NCBI RefSeq assembly: GCF_006345805.1
Contig: NC_043003.1
Span: 9,672,001-9,736,000 of the forward strand
Reading direction: 5' to 3'
Source of the DNA: Octopus sinensis
Taxonomy: Eukaryota
DNA length: 64,000 nt
In this document: piece by piece, positions 1 through 13,200 of the stretch
Numbering within the stretch: position 1 is the first letter of the stretch
Layout of the letters: each line of letters starts with the position of its first letter
The notes under the pieces: generated by a model
The model's database searches: none
Seen by the model: only the letters and a program-made list of their open reading frames with translations
Told to the model about the DNA's origin: nothing
Position numbers and translations under genes: made by a program

Positions 1-606
1 TATCTGATCGGTTTTCACTGTTCGTCACTCGTATTTTTGTGATATATACTGTTTCTTTTAAATAAGTCGATAAATAAGCATTTAAACAATATCTGCTTTC
101 AGTTAGATACTCTGTTATTTAGCTTAAGACAGTTTTCCTCTGAAAACATTTTGTAAAGGATATAATAAGGTAGTTTCTGTTTCAATTTGCGCAAATCGAC
201 GCAAAATATCCGTCTCCTTTTGTCGTACTTTTATACCCCAGATTCTATGTGTGTATGTGTGTGTGTTCCATTTATTAACACTAGGCTAGATAATATGCTT
301 TTTATTTGTATTATTTTTCTATTTCTGCGTGCGACGGTATTGGATGAGGTCTTAAATATTCTTTTACTGATATTGACTGTGCTACTATTGTTTAGAAAGC
401 CCTGAGATCGAGGACAATTATAAAAAGAATGCACTAATCATATGTAGAAATGATCAGTAAAGTTTACAACTGATCTGCAACTATTACACATTCACCTCAT
501 TTTTTTTCCATTTTCTTGTTTTTTTAACATTGAATACTTTCGGAATACTCGAGTACATTTCTTGCATGTTAAACGCCACCAGTTTTCTTTTTATTAATCA
601 TTTTCA

Positions 607-607
<1 letters not shown>

Positions 608-675
<68 letters not shown>

Positions 676-692
676 CATTATTATTATTATTA

Positions 693-745
<53 letters not shown>

Positions 746-788
746 CATCATCATCATCATCGTTATTATTATCATTATTATTATTATT
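608..788. repeat. (ATT)n/(ATC)n microsatellite
   Basis: Long ATT run with a few ATC units. It explains the poly-Ile/Tyr/Asn ORFs at 530-893. Confidence 0.95.
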
Positions 789-1145
789 GAGTGAGAGAGC
801 AGTTAGTGCCATGAAAGTGACACTGGGGGTAAATATTCGAAGCCCGGTATACCCATCGTGGCTACCCATCTGATAAGGGTACACCCGGCACATGCATCAC
901 AACCATCGTGCGCGACAAGGTGACTTCGTATCAAGATAAACAGCACATGACCTTGCAGGTGGGACCCAGTTAGAATTTTCTTGAGGTTGAGTAGCCCATC
1001 TTGCTCTAAAGATCCCTGAATAAAGGTTGTTTAAGGATGCTGAACGAAACACCCATATTTCCAAAGGTGAATTATTCAAACCCCAAGGAATTCCCTTCAA
1101 CACATGGCTGTGATGCTTCCCAACTATTTCTGCTCGTGATCAGAG
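789..1145 (-). mobile_element. ~620-bp non-coding interspersed element, copy A (truncated)
   Basis: Starts GAGTGAGAGAGCAG directly after (ATT)n and aligns by eye with copies at 1893, 18449, 19201, 20199 and 25551. Strand is inferred from the fixed (AAT)n-abutting end. Confidence 0.8.
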
Positions 1146-1152
1146 TTTTTTA

Positions 1153-1300
1153 TTCTGCGTTTCGATTCCGACGAGATCAACGTTACCTTTCATCCTTTCG
1201 GGGTCGATAAATTAATTACCAGTGAGACACTGAGCTCGATGTAATCGACTAGCCCCCTCCCCACAAATTTGAGGCCTTTTGCTTTTAGTAGAAAGGAGCA
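1153..1300 (+). mobile_element. CORE-SINE (OR-like) fragment
   Basis: Contains CCTTTTCATCCTTTCGGGGTCGATAAATTAA, matching the central block of the other copies (18556, 54318). Confidence 0.7.
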
Positions 1301-1831
1301 TTATTTTATATCATAGCGGCTCATTCTGTACTCATCGTCGCCCTGTAAATCTATATTTGTTTTTGCCAATTTCGTCGACGGAAATTCAATCTGCTTTTCA
1401 AAATGTTCATTCCTTCTATTTGTAATATATTTAAGACAAATATTGCCGAGGTCAATTTTGTGTATCTTTCTTTCAGAATCGCTAAAATAATGTAGCAGTC
1501 AAGAACTTGGATCGATATAATCGAATATCCCCCTCCACAAAATAACTGGACTTGATTCAAAAAGAGAGAAAAAAATTATATTTTTCTCAACCTTACGTGT
1601 GTCCATTGTTTTAGTTTTGCAGTTTTGTATCACATTGAAATTAATATATGCAATATGGGTCCACTAATCATTACAGTGATAAGTTTACAATAAGCCTATG
1701 TCTGACTCCCAAAACAGGGGGAAGTGAATATTTGTACCAGAATGGTTTTTCTTAAAGCAGTTGAATACTGAGGGCTCGACACGTATAGCGCAGATTAGGT
1801 ATATAACTATGTCACATGTATATTTTGTCAA

Positions 1832-1892
<61 letters not shown>

Positions 1893-1895
<3 letters not shown>

Positions 1896-2225
1896 GCCCT
1901 GTTGTAGTACCAGGCAGTGGCTCTCATGGCTGCTGATCTTAACTGATCGGAAGTGTTATCATGTACATTGTTTTGTCATGGTATAAAAGATGAGCTACAG
2001 CAAATAATCTTCTCGATACCACAAATTTGCTTCTCAGTTGTTTGACCGTAACCAGTTGAGCATGTCCCTTAGTGACTGATGATATGTGCATCTCTGATCA
2101 CGAGCAGAAGTAATGGGAAGCATCATAGGCGTGTGTTGAGAGGGTGTGTTTGGGGTTTGAATAATTCACATCCTTAAACAAGTATATTGCGGTATTTTAT
2201 TAACTGCCTGGTACTACAACAGGGC

Positions 2226-2265
<40 letters not shown>

Positions 2266-2537
2266 AACAAGTATATTGCGTTCAACATCCTTAAACAACC
2301 CTTATTCAGGGACCTTTTGCGCGGAATGGGTTACTCGACCAGAAGAACTTTCTTACTGGGCCCCTCCTGCAAAGTCATGCGCTGTTTATCTTGATATGAG
2401 ATCACAATGTCGCGCATATATGGTTGTGATGCATGTGTCTGGTTTAACGTTATTAGACGGGTAATAATGATGGGTATACTGGGCTTCGTATATTTTACCC
2501 CAGTGTCACTTTGATAGCAGGCACTGCTCTCTCACTC
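1893..2537 (+). mobile_element. ~620-bp element, copy B (longest copy), flanked by (AAT)n on both sides
   Basis: Reverse complement of copies A and C-F. Ends CTCTCTCACTC-(AAT)n. Carries an internal inverted insertion at 2192-2263. Confidence 0.85.
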
Positions 2538-2603
<66 letters not shown>

Positions 2604-2619
2604 TGGCAAAAGTGATAAT

Positions 2620-4110
2620 TTGTCAGCTATATTACAGCAGGAGTTGCGAATATTTTCTTTTTCATATCCCTAACGCTGAAAGCCATTTAAAGTGTCACAA
2701 GTGTTACTGCTTCTTCTCTCTCATTCAGGTAGGATTTGTGTATATATAGGAGTTCCAGTCACGAAGCTATTGAGTATGTAAAAGCAGGTCTCAATGGTTA
2801 ACTGATTTATTTGTCATCAGAATGTCAGTATTGTTCCTGTTTAGATTCAGAATTTAACTGTTTTGAAGTGTAAACCAATTTCGTTGGAGAATTTTATTAC
2901 TACGGGTATAATTGGTTTGCTAGTTTTCTTTTAATGCAGCGTATACAAGGTTACGAAACGGGTCATTTCAGTTAGAAAGATTGTAGGCAACATTAATGAG
3001 TACCTTCTCATATAGTTTCCTGAAGTTTATTTGTCGTCGCCATCGTCTCATTTAGAAGATGTACAGCGATTGTCTGTCAGACATATTGAATACAATGAAT
3101 TTATTTTAATAGACAACTCGTTTTGCGGTCTGTGACAATTTATGAGCTTTCACTGTATGCGTGTTAATGGCGAAAAGAGGTTTCTTGCTTTTGAGATGAG
3201 AACTTTTATTTTATTTTGACTCTCATGAAAATGTGTTTCTCATTGTTTCTTATACTCTTCACACACAAAATTTTACAATAATCTATACCCAAATACGGGT
3301 AAAATACCGAGTGGTCCAAATTATCGATGTCGGTTCATTAAATTTACGATTCATCTCTTCAACTTTGAAAACTCATTTATTATCAATTTCATGTATTTTG
3401 CTACCCAGAAGACATTTTAATGTCCGTGCTAAAACGCTAGCCGATACTTAACAAACTATTTTGCTGGCCTGTGCACTATCCCTATTTAGTACTTTTAAAT
3501 AAAGGAAAGACAAAATAAACATAGACTGAAGTGAAAGTGGAAGATACTTCTCCCACCTTGGAATATCACAGTGAATATTTCTTGAGACTAAAATCTATAT
3601 TCATTGTCTTCCACGTGACCAATAAAATGTGTGAAATTCATTATGGCATCATCAATCAATGTACTTCATGCATATTAATTAGCAAGTTTTCTTGTTGAAT
3701 CAGGTACATGAAATTTCGTGCCTTGGCAACATATAATACGATCTTGCCAACATGATTGATCACCCTATAAGTGTGGGAATATACCAACTGACGCCAACCG
3801 AGATGTTTCGTAAAATCTCAACTGCATCGGTGAATAATATTTTGAAGAGGAGTTTATAGGTTGCGGGCAAGTAAGAGATGGGACGATAGTTTAATAAATC
3901 ATCTGGGATTTATGTTTTCTTGCCAGGAAGGAACCATCTAAGTCCTTAGTTCGAACTGTTTAAGAGCGTTCAAAACACATGCTGCATTGTAGTGCACTAT
4001 CAAACGAAAACCTCCAAGCGTTTTTGTTGTCAATGCCGAAAATTTTCGCATTTTAATATGGCATCGTATTTTTCCCAACTTCTACGTTTTTACTCAGCGA
4101 CGACCAGGTT
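2620..4110 (-). mobile_element. Decayed Dong/R4-like non-LTR retrotransposon (RT relic)
   Basis: Minus-strand translation across frameshifts gives NYRPISYLPATYKLLFKI, IFQGGRSIFHF (IFQGDSLSPL-like), FSTDIKMS and YPYLGI. Boundaries are approximate. Confidence 0.6.
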
Positions 4111-4699
4111 TTAAGAGTGACAAGTTTTAAGTAGTCACAGGCATAGCTAAGTGGTTAAAATTGTTCTATGCAATCCAGGATTCGGTCTCACTGACCAGTA
4201 TTTTGTAAAAGTTCATTTACAACAACATTGGGTTTAGTTAAGACTTATAATTAGATGTTAGTGGACAGAAACAATGTAGAAAATAGTTGCGTCTTTTATA
4301 CTTGCAATTCAAAAGTTCAGCTTCATCATATTTGCTTTGCGCTTATTACGTATGAGAGTAACGTGGACTGTTCAACACTTAGCACGTTATTTAAATTCTA
4401 TTACTATCTTGTCCAGTTCATCGAACTACAAGGCACTCACGTGTCGGAAGTGACCTATGAGTTCATCTTTAAGTAAAGCGAACACGTTTCGTTCTAAGCA
4501 TTCGGGCATCTGCACAGCTGTTTATTTATTCTTTGATGCTGTAGCTAATCAGACAAAATATATATTCTTATTAATGATTACAGACGGATGATAATCTGCT
4601 ACCGGTGTTGTTTTATTTGTTTCCCTAACTAGAGCATGTGTTATTTTAAATAACACTTCTATTTGCTTAAACAAGAAATTAACACAATATGGTGATTAG

Positions 4700-6025
4700 T
4701 TCTTGTTCATACGATTTATCGTTTTATAAGCCCAGGTGAGGGCGTATCTTCCGGTGAGCATAGCTGTTGACTCGACCATGTCGATCGTAATACAATGTGC
4801 AAAGGACTAGACAACTTGATCATAATGTGGTCAATTGCACTGATTACATGCTCTACGCTTGGCATTTCTTCCGCTTTTCTCTTTGTAGTCAACAGCTTTG
4901 GGTCATTGCAGATTTTAACTCGGCTTTACTTCTCTTTCGACCTTTGCAGGGATGGGACGTAGTTCATCGCTTCACTTTCACTTTAGCACTGTTTGATTTT
5001 ATCTATGGCTTTCTTTCCAAAGTTTTTCTACTGCCATGCTCTTATCTAAATCTTTTCGGACAACTGACTTCGAGTTTTTACTTATTTGTTTCGTTTACTT
5101 GTACTTGTAGAAGAGATTGTTTCTTTCTGCATTTTCCTTTATTCCCTCATTAGGTTTTATTTGCTTACTTGTTTCCTTCAATTTTTCTAGTCACAATGTT
5201 TATATATCTTATTAATACTATACGCTCATATCTCACGTACATTATATCAGCTTTGGCTTGGTAGATTTCAAACTCTGTTACTCGGTTTTTCTTACAAAGA
5301 TTTACTTCCAGTTAAACATTTTATTATGTTGGAACTGAAGTTTCTAACTTCGAAAGTACATACATACATCCATACCCATACATCTATACATATCTATATG
5401 TGTGTATGTATATATATGAATACATAAATACACACACACACACACACATATATTATCGTATATGTAAAACGGATATTTCAAAATATTAGTCTCATTCCCT
5501 TCTGCTCTTTTCTACTGCTTTAGTTTTCTACTGCTGTTGTTTTTTTGCTATCACTTCCTTCAACGTCATATCTATATGGATAGTTCTATTGACATTCACT
5601 GGAATTCGGTGTCTGAGACTAATTTAATGTTCTCAGTTTTATTTTTTGTTTTACCTCTTTTAATAGTAGCTCATATTTTTAGTGCTGTTCTTATTTGTAT
5701 ATATTGATTGAATTCATGCACAATGTCTATCTCGAAGAAGAATCTCAAATGCGTATTGAGTAATGTCCTTCATAAATAGTTTTACGGCTGCCATCTTCAA
5801 GAGATGTTTCGTATTTTCTTCTGCAGAATTTATAGCCATTTCTGATTGGATTCGGCGAATTTGTTAATGGAGTCAGTGATAAACAAATTTCAGAGGGCTA
5901 AGATGTTTCCTTCATAGATTCTCACTATTAGTATTATAAGGCTTGTTTTAATCATCTCCTCTGCTTCGCAAGGATGTAACTTCCTATGTTGATATATATA
6001 TATATATATGTATGTATATATATAT

Positions 6026-6056
<31 letters not shown>

Positions 6057-6087
6057 GCATATATATAGAGAGATATGCATATATATA

Positions 6088-6128
<41 letters not shown>

Positions 6129-6144
6129 TATATATAGAGAGATA

Positions 6145-6184
<40 letters not shown>

Positions 6185-7750
6185 CATATGTATATTCATA
6201 TATACATGTGTATATATATATGTGTATATACATATAGATACATATATATATATGTATATATATCCTCCTTTGTGCTATCTTCAATCAATAAAAGGCCTGT
6301 TCCCCAGCAGCTTCTCTTTATATTTATATATCCCTTTCCACCGCTTCTTTTCCCCCCGTAAGATGTCATTGCTTTCCATGTGAGTAGACAGTTTGTTTTA
6401 TAGTATGTAAGGACCTTGTAAGCTTGGGTACGCAGCGTATAGGCTTGTAATTTGGTGTTTCTCAATTGATTTTGTTTTGGGAATTAATATTGTTTTCCTC
6501 TCCAGCAGCCATTCAGATGTTGACTCTGATCTGCTTACGAGTACATTGAATATTGCTGCTACTGATTCATGAGTACTGGGCCGGTGCTTCAGCCAGAAAT
6601 TGGGGACTTTGTCAATTCCAGGGGATCTCCAGTCGTTTGCAGTGTTGGTGAGTGTTTTGTTGGCTAAAGGTAGCCATGTTGGCTGTGCTATTGTATCATT
6701 TTAACCTTTTCCCTTCTCATCCATTTTGCTTTTTGGTTGTGCCGAATGCATTTGTTCTATATTCCGTGCTAGTTTGCTTTCATATCTGTTCATATTGGTG
6801 TGTTCTCAAGTGTTTTCATTTATTTTATTTTTGTTATTGTGATTATGTCCCAGTAAAATACTTCTGTATTTTATTTATTTATTCATCTCATTTTCTTAGA
6901 AGATACGCTTCAGTTATGTTTTTTTTTCTTTTTGCAGTATCATCTGCACGCTTTTGTTCTATAATTTGCTTAAGCATTTCTATTGCATCCAGAAATGTTT
7001 TCTTTTTATATCTACGAGGATCTTTGTCCCTGTTTCCATATCTCAGAATTACTTTTCCATTTCACTGGGTTAAACAGGGTTTGCTTATTCTAAAATCTAA
7101 TTAGTATATTTACTTTCAACTGATGATTGTTATGTTAGGCTGTAGATATTCCTTGTTCGATTAGGACCAATCCGTTTATATCAGTACTCCCTCTGCTACT
7201 AAATTGTTTTGATAATACCATCAGACGTCATTAGATTTGTTTCTCTTCGTCGGTAAAATTTCTTGGAGATCCGTGTTACATGTATTTATACTTTCAGGGA
7301 CCGTCTAGCTTTGGTGTCAGAAAGACAGCATTTCATGTTAATCGATGTGCATGGATTTTGTTATTTTGCCTGATGTTTTCTTAATTGGTTCTCTTTGGAT
7401 TCCTGTACTGTAACCTATGTTGTCCTCTTGTGATGAATGTTTTCATACCTTTTGCTGTTACGGGTGTGTTTGAGGGAATATTTTGCTGTTTTTGTATTTG
7501 GTTCAATATTTCGAAGGGTACATTTCGGGACTGTCATCATCGTTGTCTATATTAACTCGTTTTTCTTTGTAATGCCCAATCCATTTCCAATATGGTGTGT
7601 TCTAAAGTAATTCGCTTGTGTATAAATGTTAATTCATTGTATGTGTTATCGTTTCTGTTGATCAGTTCTCTTTCACTTTTAGAGTACCTGTATATTTTAT
7701 GTGATACGTTCGTTCGTGGTGTTTTCATTGATTTGTAGTATATTATTTGT
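4700..7750 (-). mobile_element. Decayed Dong/R4-like LINE, interrupted by (CA)n and (TA)n tracts
   Basis: Minus-strand translation gives WRSPGIDKVPNFWLK...EWLLERKTILIPK, LFMKDITQYA (FMDD-like) and SVEHVISA (zinc-knuckle region). Many stops and frameshifts. Confidence 0.7.
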
Positions 7751-7922
7751 TACATACGCATACAAACACACACGATGACTGTCTACTCGTACGACGAACA
7801 TGACAATCGCTAACATGTTTCAGCAGTACCCGTACAAAAGTTCTTGGTCAAGCGCATAATGCGAAATACAACAGCGATTCTCATTAACAATACCAAAAAG
7901 TCACGAATAGAGAAAAGAGTAC

Positions 7923-7966
<44 letters not shown>

Positions 7967-8064
7967 CTGTACTTTCAATGACAGAAAACTTTACGAAACT
8001 GTACTCCATCTATCTGTTGAGAGATAAATATACTTTATTTAAGGGACACAATACATTTCTTTAA

Positions 8065-8115
8065 GAGCTGCTAATAGTTTTATATGTTGGCAAATATCTC
8101 ATATTCATCAGGTAA
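8065..8115 (-). ncRNA. Degenerate hammerhead-like motif (inverted partner of 8176-8230)
   Basis: Minus strand reads CUGAUGA-AUAUG...CAUAU-AAAAC-UAUUAGC-A. It has G12A and U16.1C changes and a broken stem I. Confidence 0.6.
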
Positions 8116-8175
8116 ACACCACATATAACGTTTCTACTCTTATTCAATTCTTTAGTTCCCTTATGATATGGATTT

Positions 8176-8230
8176 GTGCCTGATGAATATGTTTAAGATA
8201 CTTCTCAACATATGAAACTATTAGTAGCAC
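8176..8230 (+). ncRNA. Type I hammerhead ribozyme, complete core
   Basis: GUGC-CUGAUGA-[AUAUGUU/13 nt/AACAUAU]-GAA-[ACU/AUU/AGU]-A-GCAC. All conserved core positions and stems I-III are present. Predicted cleavage is after GUA at 8226. Confidence 0.8.
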
Positions 8231-8285
8231 TTACAGACATATATCGTGTCCTTTAAACAAATGATATATATGTATGTATGTATAT

Positions 8286-8327
<42 letters not shown>

Positions 8328-8714
8328 TAGATAGATAGATACATACATGGATACATAGATACATAGATAGATACACCACCACCCCATCACACCAAACACC
8401 ACACGCCACACACCACCATACCACACCACATCACACCACCCGGCACACACTAGTAGTAACCACTTCCCAGCACCTACGCCATCATCCACACACCTACACA
8501 TACACACACCTACGCATACACACACGCACAGGTCAATGTCACCATCTGTCTTCCACACGCACATACACGCTCTCACATATATTACACACGCGCACCTTCG
8601 TTTTGGGATCACCACTACTTTATTATCTACCCTTCTTCCTTGCTCTGCTGTGTGACACCTCTGTTCGGCATTCGGCATGATAGGTCGCTAGCCATTAAAC
8701 CTTTCTCTATTTTC

Positions 8715-8870
8715 TCTCCCTGTTTATTTCTGTGTTCCTTTCTATCGAAGAGTGTAGGCTCGCAACGTTAAATATTTTCTCATTTCCGGAGCGTTAAAAT
8801 AACGCATCTGTTTTTTGTTTATACACCCGTCTTCCTCTTTTGTTTTTTGTAAATTCTCACTATATATTTA
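8715..8870 (+). mobile_element. ~150-bp repeat carrying a minimal hammerhead-like motif (Penelope-type), copy 1, decayed
   Basis: Homologous to 46555-46712 and 54630-54775. Motif at 8738-8773 reads CTTT-CTATCGA-A-GAGT-GTAG-GCTC-GCAAC-GTT-AAAT. Confidence 0.55.
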
Positions 8871-9115
8871 TATTCTTTTGAATAATAACAGTGAAATCTT
8901 CGAAATATATGTCGAAAGTAATACTATTTGATTTATACCTTCGTTAACCTCCATTTATTTATTTATATATCATACACAAACTTCCACGTAAACACGAATT
9001 TTCTACCTTTAAAAATAAGGAGTTACAACCTCTTTACTGGTGTGATTTTTTGCTACCCTGGTAACTATTTATTTATTTTTTCCGTGTTAATTGTTAACAA
9101 GGCAAAAGTACACTC

Positions 9116-9166
<51 letters not shown>

Positions 9167-9555
9167 ATATAGGCGATTCATTGCGGTTCATTTAGCTTTC
9201 TTGTATGGGTTTGTTATATTTTTTTAAATAAGTTGTTTTTTATTGTGTGTATCAGTATATGTAAAATCATTTTATTTTTCAATTTATATATTTTGCATTC
9301 ACGTTTTACATTATTCGTTTATTTTTCTTCATCAATTTTTACGCTTTTCTTATAGGGACTGTGCATGTTTTATATTGTGTTAATATTTATAGGAATGTAG
9401 CACTTCAAAATAGTATTCATTGGTCCAACGGTCTGATATTTCTTTCTTTATTTGTGGCACTTGATGTAGGGGACGGCCCAGTTAATTCACATTGAATCTT
9501 CTGTGGGAAGATGTAAAACGCGTTATACATTTCATTCGCTATGAGTTCATACCAA

Positions 9556-9770
9556 ATCATCATCATCATTGTTCGACCGTGGTCGAGACAATGGAATTTA
9601 CCATGCTACACCAGACTTCACGGTCCATCATGGCATTACGGAGGTCCTGTTGCTGGATGCCTGTATCCCTGGAGATTACATCAGGGTAGGAGAGTGTGCG
9701 CCCTCTGGTATTGCGAGTAGATGGCTTCCAGAGCCAAAAGTAAATCATACCAAAAGTATGATACGAAATT
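9556..9770 (-). mobile_element. RTE-clade LINE 3' end with (GAT)n tail
   Basis: ORF end LWKPSTRNTRGRTLSYPDVISRDTGIQQQDLRNAMMDREVW is typical of the RTE C-terminus. It is followed by a TCGACC/GGTCGA hairpin and a (GAT)n tail. Confidence 0.75.
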
Positions 9771-9905
9771 CCAAATATGTCGTGATCTGGACCACTATTT
9801 TGTAGCTCTTTGATGTTTTAATGGATACGGGTAATTTGTTGTAAACAAGTGTCTCTTATATTTTACATTCATTTTATTTAATTTTGCTTATCTGTCATGG
9901 CTTAG

Positions 9906-9984
9906 TTATAAATATAAGATTTATTTTGCTTAATTATAAATACAAGATTTATTTTGCTTAATTATAAGTATAAGGTTTATTTTT
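9906..9984. repeat. 28-bp minisatellite, about 2.8 copies
   Basis: Unit TTATAAATATAAGATTTATTTTGCTTAA starts at 9906, 9934 and 9962. Confidence 0.8.
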
Positions 9985-10215
9985 GTGTTCATGTTGTTAT
10001 TCAGCCCAGACGGTTTACCTTCATCACCATTATGTTCGTTATCATTATGTTATTATTATTTTCGTTATCATTATATTATCATTGTTACCATTATGTTGAC
10101 CTTCATCATCATTTTCGTCGTCGTTATCATCGTAATAATATTTATAATGGTAAATGCAATAACAACAACAACAATCATAATTATAATAGATAACATCATA
10201 ACAAACATCATCATT

Positions 10216-10421
10216 AAGTCTCTGGCGTGCTGGCAGAGTCGGGAAAAAAGCTGAGCGCCATTTCGTCCATCTGCACGATCTGAGTTCAAATTCTGCCGAG
10301 GTCGACTTTGCCTTTCATTTTTCCGGGGTCGATAAATTAAATACAATTAAAATATTGGGGTCAATATCATTGACTAGTTCCCTCCCAACAAATTTCTAGT
10401 TCTGTGCCTTTTGTTGAAGGG

Positions 10422-10425
<4 letters not shown>
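10216..10425 (+). mobile_element. CORE-SINE (OR-like) with (ATT)n tail
   Basis: Contains the B-box-like GAGTTCAAATTC and GCCGAGGTCGACTTTGCCTTTCAT...GGGGTCGATAAA, followed by (ATT)n. Confidence 0.8.
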
Positions 10426-10468
<43 letters not shown>

Positions 10469-10728
10469 GTTTTTTTTTCCTTCTTTCTTCAAATTTTCTT
10501 CCGTTTCTCGCCGAGTGTTTTCCATACACCTGGGGCAGAGAAGCTCATTGTGTGCATTACCAGATTACACACGCAAATTCACAGATACAATATGTATTTA
10601 AAAATTAATAAATAAATAATTCATGGATGGATGTTGCTTTCACAGCGATAATGCTCTTCTAAGTACATGAGCAGTTCCAGTTAATACGATTTTTTGCACT
10701 TCCCGTAGGGATGGTAAGCCTGGAATCA

Positions 10729-10791
<63 letters not shown>

Positions 10792-10814
10792 TTATTATTA
10801 TTATTATTAATATT

Positions 10815-11010
10815 GAGGCAGTGAGCTGGTGGAATCTTAGTGACATATCTTCAGGCTCTTTACATTCTGACTTCAAATACCTCTGAGATCAAATTTGCCT
10901 TTCATCCTTTCGAGTTCGATAATATAAAGTACCATCAGAGTACTGGTGTCGTTGATTTGACTTGCTTTGTCATTTCAAAGCTGGTGGCCTTGTGCCAAAT
11001 TCGAAATTAT
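10815..11010 (+). mobile_element. CORE-SINE (OR-like), diverged
   Basis: GGCAGTGAGCTGG head and TTTGCCTTTCATCCTTTCGAGTTCGATAA core, flanked by (ATT)n. Confidence 0.65.
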
Positions 11011-11799
11011 TATTAGTAATTCTGTTCTGTGTTTGCTTCGTGAACAGTTAGTGGCTTGTGTTAGAAATATTTTGAATCGTTTCGTTTTGTTTGGAAATTT
11101 CGTAAAATAAGGACCCCTAATTCACTGTGTCAAGAGAGGGATAGTAAGACCCCTCTCGTACCCTAAAAAATTTCATAGTATCATAAATTTTGAAATTTTG
11201 AATAATGGTGATAGAAGAACCCTCACCTTCCAAACTGTATGATGTGGTAGATGAGGAACTAATTGCTTTGCTCTTAACTCAACACTAACATCATCAGTAT
11301 GACTACTATCATAGTAGTAACGGACTATCAAACGAATGCGATAGCAACAGCAAGAACGACGATAGTAACAACCCATGAGTCATCAACTCTAACAGGCTAC
11401 TTCAGGGTTTGCTCATGGTAACCACACAGAAAAGAAATTTTGATACGCACAGGAAACAAGACATTAAGTTAGATGGCTTCTTTTCTGTTTCCCTTCTTTG
11501 TTTTTCTATCAAAATACCGTCCATAAGTGTGGATTACGTAAATGCAGATTGCCTGGAATCGCCATTGAAAGAAACGTTATTAGAGGAAAATCGATGATGA
11601 TTAGTAAGAAATTAACGATAAAGAATTTTAGAATACAGAAAGAGAGAAAGAAAGAGAGAGATAAAGAGAGGAGGGAGGGAGGCGGAGAAAGAGAGAGAGA
11701 GAGATGGTTAGAAAAGTAGAACTTAGGAAAGGCATTGCAACAGATGTGCTGGACTAGTGAGATTTGAGTTGTCAGGGCTACAGTGCGTTCTCTCTGGTA

Positions 11800-13200
11800 T
11801 GAAGCAAGCAAACCGCTCGATGGGCCCAGTTAGTAGAGGTGCAACATGATGAAAAAGCTACAGTCTGGCCTTTGACGATTCAGGAGAAGCGCATGTAACT
11901 CGATGTCAAGCATATTTATATAATTCTTCAGCGGAACTTCACTCCACCGTTTGGGGCGGACTGTGGATCGGAGATGGACGAAGTTTAACACCTTGTTGCG
12001 GTTCTCTGATACGGAATCGGAGTTCCACCAAAGGCTACTGGCATCTGATGAAATACGAGAAGGGAAGGCTGGTTGCACGAGTCAAAAGAAGCCGGGTTGG
12101 ATGGTCTGCTCCAGGAGCATTATTCTAATATGTCATACGTGTCCGAAGAATCTCTTGGCAGATGTTTATTGCAACTAGCAGATGAACCCGTAACTCCAAG
12201 TCCTGCAACATTTGCGGAGGTGCTGCTGATAAAGAACTCGAGCAAGGGTGGATGGGGGAGGGAGAATTTTAACAAATTCTGAACTTTAATAAAGTAGAGC
12301 TGAAGAGTTTTGTTAAGGTACCAGCTACAATGTTGGCACTTATCTTTTGTATTCTGGTTGGTGAGAGGCAGACATTCGCCATATAAAACTGTTGTAGTCA
12401 CAAAACCAACACCTACCTCAATGATACATCGTAGAAAGGGTGGTCAATGAGCCTGTCTTGTGTGGAGCCTTGATCAATTCAGATCACTTGAAAGCTTTCG
12501 ATTCTGCTGGCTGTCAAACACTTAACGGCAGTCTTGGAGGCGGCTGGTTTCCGGGTGGACTTCAGAAGTTGGGTTGCTGCAACGTATTGCTCGAACCACT
12601 ACAACAGAAGTTAGAAGTTTCGGGAGGAATCCTCTGTGAACTACGATGTGGAAGTCCTGTTGCAGTATATGCAGATTACGTCATCGTAATAGTGTTGGGT
12701 CAAACACATCGAGATGAGTGACACTGTTCTAAAGGAGGACAAAGCGGTGATAAAAAAAGTTATTAACCCGGTAAAGTCTTTGAAGCTCGGTACCTGGAGA
12801 AGGATTTCTAGGCCGACTGAGAGCATTGCGGTAGTACTGGACTGACATATTAAATTTCTTGAGATCCGGTTTTATCCAGACCTCCAGGTGAATAAGAAGG
12901 AGACGAGCGTCGTAGCTAATATGGCTTAGGAATGAGCAGGGAGGAAGCCATAGGACTTTTTAGGAGTAGATCAGTGGTGAGAAACGACTTCATTACAACC
13001 GTCATTTTCTACTGCCTGACTGTCGAACCTTGATCTGCCTCATGGTTGCACAGATTGGAGCACTAGCCCTTCTACTTTCCATGTAGCGGATGATTTCCTC
13101 TGGTGAGACGTTCCATTTACTGTCCACCACCACACCGGCACCATTGTTAGACATTGCAGAGAAAGTACGTTCTATTTTCGCTGTAAAAAATTTCAAATAT
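11800..13200 (-). mobile_element. Decayed RTE-like LINE
   Basis: Minus-strand fragments read FFTAKIER, HYYDDVICI (YxDD-like), TTVLYGECLPLT (LLYG.E.W.LT-like) and PLKNYINML. Heavily frameshifted. Confidence 0.45.

Noticed and set aside
2074-2125. CUGAUGA inside the 620-bp element as a hammerhead core
   Set aside because: No stem II followed by GAAA, and no stem I/III pairing downstream.
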